Virus record (IMG/VR): IMGVR_UViG_3300024322_000001
Strand: one strand, 5' to 3'
DNA: 64,000 nucleotides
From: a virus
Taxonomy: Duplodnaviria; Caudoviricetes
Shown: positions 1 to 7,563 of the stretch, in pieces
Layout of the letters: each line of letters opens with the position of its first letter
Numbering within the stretch: the first letter of the stretch is position 1
Notes under the pieces: generated by a model
Database searches by the model: none
The model's input: the letters and a program-made list of their open reading frames with translations, nothing else
Told to the model about the DNA's origin: nothing
Position numbers and translations under genes: made by a program

Positions 1-658
1 TGTTCATTGCTGCTGCAAGGTGTTGCCCAAATGAGTCCATAAGTACACGTTTCTTAGATAACCCTATTAATATAGCTATACTTCTATAACCATCCATAGC
101 TGCTAATGTATCAGGATATTCATACTGATCCTTTCTTTTTATATGAACAATTGAATAATCATTCTTATAATGCTGTACTAGGCTGTTTACTGTTATTTGT
201 GGAATATCTCTAGTCCAGGCGTATTTATATCCTTGTTGTTGTGGACCACCATTTGGCTGAATAACCATTACTGGTTTATCTGTTTTATAGAATGGAGAAT
301 AATATTCCTTTTCAGGTTCTGTTAAGTAGATTTGAGGCTGTTCGAAATTATAAGTAAGTCCGTAGATCCTACACCACGTCTTTAAGAGGTGTTCTTTTTC
401 AGTTAAAAATGAAGTATTACGGTACGGGTCTTCTACAAAAAGCTTACAGTCTTGATCTTTTACATACTTTAAGTACGCACCATTCATCTGCTCTATTCTG
501 TAACATTCATTAATAAGTGGATTATTAAGAAAGACATCAGGGTAAGCAGATACTACTACTATATGTGCGTTTTTATAGCGTTTTCTTATCACTTTAACTA
601 CTGCCGTAGCCATAATGCTTTTGCCTAGACCGCCGTCTATTTGAAATATGATATTCAT
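1..658 (-). CDS. GT9/heptosyltransferase-like glycosyltransferase (3'-truncated by window edge; not in ORF track)
   Basis: Hand translation from ATG at 658: MNIIFQIDGGLGKSIMATAVV...QPNGG...MDSFGQHLAAAMN. GGLG(D/K) start and DSxxxHLAAA are GT9-like motifs; frame stays open to base 1. Confidence 0.7.
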   Translation of the reverse strand, partial: MNIIFQIDGGLGKSIMATAVVKVIRKRYKNAHIVVVSAYPDVFLNNPLINECYRIEQMNGAYLKYVKDQDCKLFVEDPYRNTSFLTEKEHLLKTWCRIYGLTYNFEQPQIYLTEPEKEYYSPFYKTDKPVMVIQPNGGPQQQGYKYAWTRDIPQITVNSLVQHYKNDYSIVHIKRKDQYEYPDTLAAMDGYRSIAILIGLSKKRVLMDSFGQHLAAAMN

Positions 659-694
659 AAAACTTATTTAATTATAACTAATTTTAACTCTTTA

Positions 695-1003
695 CTACCA
701 AGGTGTACCGGTTGCTGTAGTTTCAGCTGCTATAAGTAGCTTATTGTTGTTGATAGATTCTACCAATTCAGCTTCAATTGCTGCTTTATCAACATTTGAG
801 TCTACCCAACCTAGTACATTACCCTCTGATAAGTCATCATAAGCAATAAATCCATCGTCAGATGCTGCACCTGTTAGTGTAAATTCTCCTATTTTTCTAG
901 CAGAGAAATCACCGTCGTTTGATTCGCATCCGTAAGTTACTTTAGTAACTACTCCATCTGCTTTGAGTCTTTCAAGATCGTATATTTTCCAAGTGTGTGT
1001 CAT
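695..1003 (-). CDS. Small tail-fibre-associated protein (paralog of 6547..6843)
   Basis: xWxIxxLxR...DG.V..V.Y...FI.[YF]xDLxxxxVLGW...xP[WF] pattern shared with 6547..6843; this type is common beside fibre genes of aquatic phages. Confidence 0.5.
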   Translation of the reverse strand: MTHTWKIYDLERLKADGVVTKVTYGCESNDGDFSARKIGEFTLTGAASDDGFIAYDDLSEGNVLGWVDSNVDKAAIEAELVESINNNKLLIAAETTATGTPW

Positions 1004-1024
1004 TGTAAGTGTGTTTTAATTTAT

Positions 1025-1032
1025 TATAAATA
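1025..1032 (-). promoter_or_regulatory. TATTTATA putative phage late-promoter motif
   Basis: One of 13 exact intergenic copies, always on the coding strand just upstream of a start codon. Confidence 0.6.
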
Positions 1033-1034
1033 TG

Positions 1035-1235
1035 CTATTTTTTTAATTTAGTTGATTTTACCCATAGTCTTTCAAATGAAAAGTAGCCTACTGTTTTTAT
1101 GACAGTATCTATGCTCCCAATAGCTAACCCGAATTTCCAATTACCGCTTACTATCCAGCCAGTAAGTATAGTTATCGATGTAGCTATAACTCTCCAAATT
1201 AAAGTCTTAACTATTGTTTCTTTATAACTTGCCAT
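1035..1235 (-). CDS. DUF2061-like small membrane protein
   Basis: KTLIWRVIAT...IDTVIKTVGYFSFERLW matches the DUF2061 pattern (KTxxWRxxxT ... YyxhERxW); the family is often linked to sulfate-activation genes. Confidence 0.7.
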   Translation of the reverse strand: MASYKETIVKTLIWRVIATSITILTGWIVSGNWKFGLAIGSIDTVIKTVGYFSFERLWVKSTKLKK

Positions 1236-1620
1236 CTTTTTTCATTTGTTCTCTAATCTTAGTAGCAGATATATTTTTTACTTCTTCAGGTGGGCAATGT
1301 TCTATAACGTCATATCCTACTCCTCTTCCTATATTGATTGATTCAATATCCGGTACGATAGTACATTTTACTCTACCTTGCTCTATCAAATCTTTTAATT
1401 CACGTTCTAAGTTAGTTAATACCTCCTCAGCAGTCCAAGGGTTTTTTTCGTCTGGTGGTATCTCTCTAATGGCTATCCATACGTTCTTACCTTCTTCTAA
1501 TCTTTGATCAATAAGCCATCTATGACCTGCATGCCAAGGTTGCCATCTTCCAATATACATTGAGTATTTATTCTCATTGAATGAGGACTGGAATGCTGCT
1601 TGTGCTAAATACTTTTTCAT
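1222..1620 (-). CDS. HUP-fold (cytidylyltransferase-like) nucleotidyltransferase; candidate minimal ATP sulfurylase
   Basis: GRWQPWHAGH (HxGH motif) and C-terminal ISATKIR; operonic with APS kinase. Confidence 0.7.
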   Translation of the reverse strand: MKKYLAQAAFQSSFNENKYSMYIGRWQPWHAGHRWLIDQRLEEGKNVWIAIREIPPDEKNPWTAEEVLTNLERELKDLIEQGRVKCTIVPDIESINIGRGVGYDVIEHCPPEEVKNISATKIREQMKKDGKL

Positions 1621-1955
1621 ATACCTTTATCTCTTTCTAAATTTATTGCAATAGCCCGTTCTCCAGGTTTCTTTGGATCCATATCATTGATTAAATAACG
1701 AGGGCCCCTTTCAATACCCATAATTAACCTATGGTACGGTACTTCATTTTCATATAATTCTATTTCAGTATGCATCCTAAGGTATTCAGGACGAGCTGTA
1801 GTTAAAATTATCATATGACCTTCAACTGAAGCTTTGTCTAAATATTCTATAGTAGATTTTATTCCTTCAGCTTTTGTTGTCTCATATGTTTCAAATTTAC
1901 GGTATTTGAATATAGTACCATCTATATCACAAAAGTATGTATTTTTTTTCTCCAT
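1617..1955 (-). CDS. Capless HAD-superfamily phosphatase
   Basis: FCDIDGTI motif I, LTTAR motif II, LIND motif IV. Confidence 0.75.
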   Translation of the reverse strand: MEKKNTYFCDIDGTIFKYRKFETYETTKAEGIKSTIEYLDKASVEGHMIILTTARPEYLRMHTEIELYENEVPYHRLIMGIERGPRYLINDMDPKKPGERAIAINLERDKGI

Positions 1956-1956
1956 A

Positions 1957-2454
1957 TTAGTTATCTAATTGATAATCTGAAGGTGGTAATTCATTTAGTA
2001 AAGACCCTTCAGGGTATTTTTTAGGTAAATTATTGATTATCTTTTGTAAAGATTCTTCAGGTGTATCGTCTGTAGTATCTATATCAATAAAATTACCTTG
2101 AGGGGCAATATACGCAATTGCTTTCCAATGGTCACGTTCTCTTGCTTCTGTTGTGTGAACATATATTTCTTTAATATTATCACCTAAAAGGGTTTTGAAA
2201 TCTTCTCTTTGATCCAAATAAGGTGCTACTAAAGAAACTATAACATCATTTCCTTGATTGTGTAGATAGTGAGCAATACGTTGAGCTGTACCTACATTTT
2301 CAACTCTACCTTTAATAGAGTAGTCTTTATTAGAGAATAATTCTCTCATATCATCTCCATCTATTCTAAAGGCATTAGGTGTGTAACGCTCTTGCAATAA
2401 ATCTCCTAAAATTGTTTTGCCAGCACATGGTTGGCCAGTTAACCAGTATATCAT
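1957..2454 (-). CDS. cysC: Adenylyl-sulfate (APS) kinase
   Basis: WLTGQPCAGKT P-loop, IDGDDMR, DYSxxGRxEN, VIVSLVAPY...R, EIYV: CysC signatures. Confidence 0.85.
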   Translation of the reverse strand: MIYWLTGQPCAGKTILGDLLQERYTPNAFRIDGDDMRELFSNKDYSIKGRVENVGTAQRIAHYLHNQGNDVIVSLVAPYLDQREDFKTLLGDNIKEIYVHTTEARERDHWKAIAYIAPQGNFIDIDTTDDTPEESLQKIINNLPKKYPEGSLLNELPPSDYQLDN

Positions 2455-2460
2455 ATTATC

Positions 2461-2491
2461 AATATAAGAATTATTTTTGAATTATACAACT
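2461..2491 (-). promoter_or_regulatory. Host-type (Bacteroidetes sigma70-like) promoter upstream of cysC
   Basis: Coding strand AGTTG-N20-TATATT; identical architecture at 6470, 46879 and 52063. Confidence 0.6.
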
Positions 2492-3807
2492 ATATCTCCT
2501 ACCTTAATTAACCAGCTCCCATCACAAAAAGTTTTGGTTGGTACTATATTAGTAGGACCATATCCTCCTATAAAGCCTTCTTTATTCATTGCAGGGAGAA
2601 TTGATTCAATTAATTTTTTAACATCTTGTCTTTTTCTATTATTAATATAGGTAAAGAATATATCTGAGAAGCTATCTATAATTTCTTCCGGAAGATTTGT
2701 AAGGTGGTTGACATTATTAAAACTACTTGTATTGTTGCTATAGGCAATTTTAATATCTTCCCAACTTAAATTATTCTTAATATTAAACTCGTCTTCACCT
2801 ACATACGAATCGACAGTGTATATGTTTTTAAACAGACCGCTACATCCGAAGAAAAAAGTTGACTCTCCGGTATGACTGTTTATTTCAATCATTTTAGAAT
2901 TTTCATCTGTAAAATTACCTATATGCTTTAGTAGATCTGATAGACCGAAGAAGCTATCTCTGTTAAATTTTTGTCGTCCGAAATTATACTTCTCTAATAC
3001 TATTTCAACATGCTGATCAATAATATCTTTTGGGTGTTTAATGTACTGAGCTATGCTCTTATTTATTACATTTCCTTCACTATCAAAAGAAATACCTATC
3101 TTACCGCCGCTTTCTCTATAATCGTTATAGTATGTATCAGAATCTGCATTTGCAGCATCTGCAATATCTGATTTTTGTCTTACTAGACTGTTAGAAAGGT
3201 TAATTATATTATGAGTATTGTAGAAAGTTTCTATATATACATCTGCAGCATACTTAACCGGTATACAGTTATCAGAAAGAGTCTTAATCATTTGCTTTGT
3301 AACTCCGTAGCAATGTGCACCGTTAAAATTAGTCCTGTATCTAGGAATTACAAAATTTTTAGATAGTATTATTCCATGTGATTGTTCAGTTTTTTTCCCG
3401 TACTGTACTATATCCCAGTCGATATCGTTCTGTTCTTTTAGTATTTCCTTGTATATAGGTGTTAGCTTGCTATTCTCTATAAAGGGAGTTACAAAGAAAA
3501 TATCGTCTTCTAGAAAAAGTGCATTTTCAACTCCATCCTTTAATGCTTGATCCCAAGCTTTTTTATGTGATAATGCGCAAGCGAAGATACCTGTAGTCAG
3601 CATACCAGTTGGATCAAAAAACGAACTCCCTACTAGACCTTGTTTTTGTAATTCTACTGTTGTTATTTCCTTACCGTCTACAGCTTCAATAAAAGTAAAA
3701 TCAATTTCAGGATTTTCCTTAATTAATATATCTCTTCTATCTTTTCTACGTTTTAAATTTATAACGTATATTTTATCAAATCCTAAAGTACTATTTTTTA
3801 AACTCAT
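2482..3807 (-). CDS. GT25-family glycosyltransferase fused to a degenerate class I SAM methyltransferase-like domain
   Basis: KIYVINLKRRKDRR, EAVDG, ACALSH..AW, LFLEDD are GT25 motifs. The C-terminal MIEINSHTGEST...TVDSY...GFIGG resembles Methyltransf_24. Confidence 0.75.
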   Translation of the reverse strand: MSLKNSTLGFDKIYVINLKRRKDRRDILIKENPEIDFTFIEAVDGKEITTVELQKQGLVGSSFFDPTGMLTTGIFACALSHKKAWDQALKDGVENALFLEDDIFFVTPFIENSKLTPIYKEILKEQNDIDWDIVQYGKKTEQSHGIILSKNFVIPRYRTNFNGAHCYGVTKQMIKTLSDNCIPVKYAADVYIETFYNTHNIINLSNSLVRQKSDIADAANADSDTYYNDYRESGGKIGISFDSEGNVINKSIAQYIKHPKDIIDQHVEIVLEKYNFGRQKFNRDSFFGLSDLLKHIGNFTDENSKMIEINSHTGESTFFFGCSGLFKNIYTVDSYVGEDEFNIKNNLSWEDIKIAYSNNTSSFNNVNHLTNLPEEIIDSFSDIFFTYINNRKRQDVKKLIESILPAMNKEGFIGGYGPTNIVPTKTFCDGSWLIKVGDIVV

Positions 3808-3808
3808 A

Positions 3809-4843
3809 TTATAACTCTCTAATTAGATTCTCATACTTAGAGTATATATTTTCATTACTTAACTCCTTTAAGTTACTTTCTTGGTCTGTAAGTAGTCTTT
3901 TCAGTATATCTAGTTTTGTTTTATGAAAAATATCTAAGGTATATTCTATTTGTTCAGGTTGATTAGAGATAACATATGGATAATTCTTTAAATACTCTAA
4001 TGCAGCGGAGTCTCTTCCTATTATAGGTACTAATCCGTTTAATAGACTCTTAAATGTATAGTAATCGAAGGTATCGTATACTGGGGTATATAGATATGCA
4101 GAATATTTCTTGAAATACTTATTTTCTGAACGTAGTCTTGCTTTAAAAGTAAATTTTGGTATAGTCTGTGTAACGTTGTTAATAAGAAATTGATTAAGAA
4201 AATCCGTTCTTCCGTGAATACCGTAATAGTCTAAACTTAAATTTTCATTCTTCCATATTGTATTTGCAGATATATGAATTCCATTAGCATATGACGGTAC
4301 TCCATTGAAAGTAAAATTTGTACCTTTAGTAACGTTGTCTAAATTTACTTTTAAACTTTTCTCACTACCTAGAGGCGGTGGTATAACTACTTTTTTAATT
4401 CCATCGGGAACTTTATAATAATCTTCAAATAGTTCCTTATCTCTCTTACTAAAGAATACAAATGCATCAGAATGTTTATAGTATAGGGTATTCTGCTTAT
4501 CATTAGATAGAGCTACAAATCCTTCCGAAAAAGAAGGTGCAAATTTCTCTAGACATTCAAGATTTAATTTTCTATGAACTTCTGGTATTGTGTCTATAAT
4601 AAATATTTTAGGAATCGTGACTTCCCTTAGAAACTCATGATACAGCCCTACACTACTAACTTTGTAATCAAAGCTAATAATTAAATGCGAGTAATTCTTA
4701 TTAATAGTATACTGAGCATTTACGTCCCTAAAGCTAAACGTATCTGCTTCAGTTATACCTATAGCTTTATAGATACTAGTAAAAATATTAGTTTCGTTTA
4801 TTAACCCTTTATTTTCATAATTTGTGACTACACATAACTTCAT
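3809..4843 (-). CDS. Divergent GT-B (GT4-like) glycosyltransferase
   Basis: SDAFVFFS, VVIPPP, YLYTPVYDTFDYYTFKSLLNGLVPII resemble the GT4 C-terminal motif region. Start MKLCVV at 4843 chosen to avoid overlap. Confidence 0.5.
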   Translation of the reverse strand: MKLCVVTNYENKGLINETNIFTSIYKAIGITEADTFSFRDVNAQYTINKNYSHLIISFDYKVSSVGLYHEFLREVTIPKIFIIDTIPEVHRKLNLECLEKFAPSFSEGFVALSNDKQNTLYYKHSDAFVFFSKRDKELFEDYYKVPDGIKKVVIPPPLGSEKSLKVNLDNVTKGTNFTFNGVPSYANGIHISANTIWKNENLSLDYYGIHGRTDFLNQFLINNVTQTIPKFTFKARLRSENKYFKKYSAYLYTPVYDTFDYYTFKSLLNGLVPIIGRDSAALEYLKNYPYVISNQPEQIEYTLDIFHKTKLDILKRLLTDQESNLKELSNENIYSKYENLIREL

Positions 4844-4856
4844 CTTACTTGCTGTA

Positions 4857-5600
4857 TTAAATTCCATCCCAGTTTTCATTTTCAGGTGATAGATGCACAC
4901 AGTAGCTATCTAAACATATAACCTGGTAGAATATTTTAGAAAATATCCAATCATCGTGGCCTGCATTTTTAGACATAGAAGGGTATAGGTGGTGTAAATC
5001 GGGGTATACATTTAATAGAGATGGCAAATGAAATAGTTGAAAATAACCATACCCTTTAAACTTCTGTACGATTTCGTCTGTTTTACTAAAATATTGCTGT
5101 GGTATGAATGGGTCAAAATCCTCTTCTTCGTTGACGTTGACTCTTCCCATCGTGTATAGGTTTAATGCTGAGAAGGGTTCGTCTAAATACTCTTCATATA
5201 AACGGTAATAACCTGTTCTTTCCATGTGTTCTGTTTCAACACATTTCAATTTTCTTAACCCTCTAATTTTTATTCTATTAGTCTCTTCATCAACAGGGAA
5301 AGCATCACTAAAGTTATCCGGTAGTAGTACGTCTGCGTCAATATGCAGATACCAATCGTTAGTGTACCCTAATAAATCAAATGCTTCGTTAATGGCTTCA
5401 CCTTTTGAAAATTGACGGTTATAAAGCTTTTCAGAAAATATATACTCTAGGTTATTATCTTCACACAGTTTTATAGTTTCAGTATCTTGCTCGGTAGTAA
5501 CTATAACCCAACGTTTAAAAAAACGATTATTTGCTATACAATACTTAAATAAATGTGCGTAGTTTACACACACAGTAACTGCGTATATATCTATATTCAT
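4857..5600 (-). CDS. GT-A (GT2-like) glycosyltransferase
   Basis: AVTVCVNY, FSKGEAINEAF, WYLHIDADVLLP (DxD), GYFQLF, DWIF. Confidence 0.7.
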   Translation of the reverse strand: MNIDIYAVTVCVNYAHLFKYCIANNRFFKRWVIVTTEQDTETIKLCEDNNLEYIFSEKLYNRQFSKGEAINEAFDLLGYTNDWYLHIDADVLLPDNFSDAFPVDEETNRIKIRGLRKLKCVETEHMERTGYYRLYEEYLDEPFSALNLYTMGRVNVNEEEDFDPFIPQQYFSKTDEIVQKFKGYGYFQLFHLPSLLNVYPDLHHLYPSMSKNAGHDDWIFSKIFYQVICLDSYCVHLSPENENWDGI

Positions 5601-5635
5601 AACTAATTTTTCAATAAACTTTTTTTACTGTACTA

Positions 5636-6463
5636 CTAGTACGTATTCCACTTAGAGTAGTCTAGATCAGGATAAAGTGCTTTGAGTTCATTAACACTAT
5701 CTTTAAAATAAGCCTTTAAAAATTGTTCAGAAGCTGTATCGATAGTTGTGTCGTAAGATGCAGAATGTATATCTCTATATTCTTTATCAAGTGCTAACTC
5801 ATCTACTCCTAAAAAGCTAAACATTTTATTATATTCAACTGCAGGATTAGCTTTGATTTCTTCCTGTATAGCTACATATACGTTTTCCGATCCAAAAGTT
5901 GCTCTATATTTCTTTAAGTTTTCTACGTATTTACTTCTAAGTAGAATAGAGTTTTTAGCTTTATCGTTAGAAACCTGTTCTGTACTTTCGTTGAAGGACT
6001 TTCCTTTAAATCTCAATGCAAAATTCGAATTTGGTCTTTGTATATGATTCCAATGGCTAAAACTTCTAGTGATAGGATCTCTAAGTATAACTATAATCTT
6101 AGGTGTTCCTAAAGTTAATGCCATGTTTTTAGCTGTGCTTTCTTGACCTTTTTCATGTAGGTAGAAATAATTTGGTGATGCTTCTCCTATTGCTTTGGTT
6201 GGTCTTGGAAAATAAGACTCGTATAAATCTCTACCTAAATTAAAATTATGTTCTTTATTAAAAAAGTCCATTTCTTTATTAGTCTCTTCACTTAAGCCTC
6301 CTACAAAGTCAGAAGGTTTATAATTATAATGTGCGTTTACTTTTTCCTTCCAGTAAGGCGTTACACAGAATACATCTTCGTGTAAATTTAAATTTATAGC
6401 AGCAGCAGAGGTGCTACCTTTCATTGCTCCTACTATTATAAAGTTTGGTGTGTTCTTTTTCAT
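5636..6463 (-). CDS. PAPS-dependent sulfotransferase (glycan sulfotransferase-like)
   Basis: PNFIIVGAMKGSTS (5'-phosphosulfate loop), KEMDFF, GEASPNY, IIVILRDPITRSFS (3'-phosphate motif), FLGV. Confidence 0.9.
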   Translation of the reverse strand: MKKNTPNFIIVGAMKGSTSAAAINLNLHEDVFCVTPYWKEKVNAHYNYKPSDFVGGLSEETNKEMDFFNKEHNFNLGRDLYESYFPRPTKAIGEASPNYFYLHEKGQESTAKNMALTLGTPKIIVILRDPITRSFSHWNHIQRPNSNFALRFKGKSFNESTEQVSNDKAKNSILLRSKYVENLKKYRATFGSENVYVAIQEEIKANPAVEYNKMFSFLGVDELALDKEYRDIHSASYDTTIDTASEQFLKAYFKDSVNELKALYPDLDYSKWNTY

Positions 6464-6469
6464 AATTAT

Positions 6470-6500
6470 AATATAATACTTTTCTTTTTAATAAACAACT
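6470..6500 (-). promoter_or_regulatory. Host-type promoter upstream of sulfotransferase
   Basis: AGTTG-N20-TATATT ending 6 nt before the ATG. Confidence 0.6.
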
Positions 6501-6525
6501 TTTAGAGTAATTTTTTTCTATATAA

Positions 6526-6533
6526 TATAAATA
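6526..6533 (-). promoter_or_regulatory. TATTTATA putative late-promoter motif
   Basis: Exact intergenic copy upstream of the sulfotransferase/GT operon. Confidence 0.6.
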
Positions 6534-6546
6534 GATAAAAATAACA

Positions 6547-6843
6547 TTAAAAAGGAGTTTCTTGAATTGATTGACTTGTTATTAATTTATTAATAGAAGA
6601 TGATAATTCTGTTTGGATAGAAGGAATATCAAAACTCCCTGTTATCCACCCTAAAACTATATCTTGAGTTAAATCTTCGAAAGGTATAAACCCGTCTTCA
6701 GATGCGGTCCCTGATATTTCTATGATGCCCCATTTTCGAGCTACAGATCCACTAACGATAGTATCATATGTGTATTCTACATCGTATACTAATCCGTCAG
6801 ATGCGTTTCTAGTTAAGTTATTTATGTGCCAGTTAAATTCCAT
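6547..6843 (-). CDS. Small tail-fibre-associated protein (paralog of 695..1003)
   Basis: MEFNWHINNLTR...GFIPFEDLTQDIVLGW...TPF; preceded by TATTTATA at 6848..6855. Confidence 0.5.
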   Translation of the reverse strand: MEFNWHINNLTRNASDGLVYDVEYTYDTIVSGSVARKWGIIEISGTASEDGFIPFEDLTQDIVLGWITGSFDIPSIQTELSSSINKLITSQSIQETPF

Positions 6844-6855
6844 ATTTTATAAATA

Positions 6856-7563
6856 TTATGATGTTACGTCGAGGTATACTTTAAATGTTCCTACGTTACT
6901 ACCGTAAGAAACAAAACTAAATTCTAAAGTATCAACTAATGCTGTGATTGGGCTTCGTAACCAGAAGTTATAGCCCAACATACTTCCTCCACTAGTTTCT
7001 GCATATACATGATAACCAGTTGATTCAACTGTTGTATCTACTGATGTACCTGTTCCTGAAGATGGAGGAATACTATTAGTTACATTCCACCTACCCCCAC
7101 TTGTACCTGTTCCTAACGAAGTCCAGCTTGCTCCACTATATGTACTGGTATTTGTTGTTGTTGTCTGCCATCCTGTTCTACTTTGAGATAAATCATAAGT
7201 AGTATTACCTAAATATATTGTTGCACCGATTTGAAAATCTCCTCGGTAAGAAGTACTCGCTGTACCGTTAGTATACTGTATTACTAATCTACCGTTTTTA
7301 CCATCGTAATCACTCAACGTAGAAATTTCACCATCACCTTGGAATATATCCCAAGAGGTAGTTGATGATAAATTTTGTGTATATAAAGCTGAGGATAATC
7401 CTAAAGGGATACTTGAGTACCCGTAAAATTCGGATACAGCATCTGGTGTTGATTTCCCAGCTGTACTGCTCATACTACGTAAAGATACGTTTGTACTCGC
7501 GGCACTTAGTTCTGTTCTAATTTGGCTAAAACTAAGCGGATTTCCTGCAGAGGGTAGAGCCAT
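6856..7563 (-). CDS. Fibre-tip adhesin with C-terminal MAM-like domain
   Basis: N-terminal MALPSAG.LSFSQIRTEL...SEFYG is typical of proteins following S74 fibres. C-terminal W...PSSGTG...GYHVYAETS...LRSP...LEF...YGSNVGTFKVY follows the MAM consensus. Confidence 0.55.
   Translation of the reverse strand: MALPSAGNPLSFSQIRTELSAASTNVSLRSMSSTAGKSTPDAVSEFYGYSSIPLGLSSALYTQNLSSTTSWDIFQGDGEISTLSDYDGKNGRLVIQYTNGTASTSYRGDFQIGATIYLGNTTYDLSQSRTGWQTTTTNTSTYSGASWTSLGTGTSGGRWNVTNSIPPSSGTGTSVDTTVESTGYHVYAETSGGSMLGYNFWLRSPITALVDTLEFSFVSYGSNVGTFKVYLDVTS

Noticed and set aside
3809-4900. Track start sites creating overlaps (4900; also 44154 and 55025)
   Set aside because: Downstream ATGs at 4843, 44130 and 55016 give cleaner gene boundaries and more typical N-termini.
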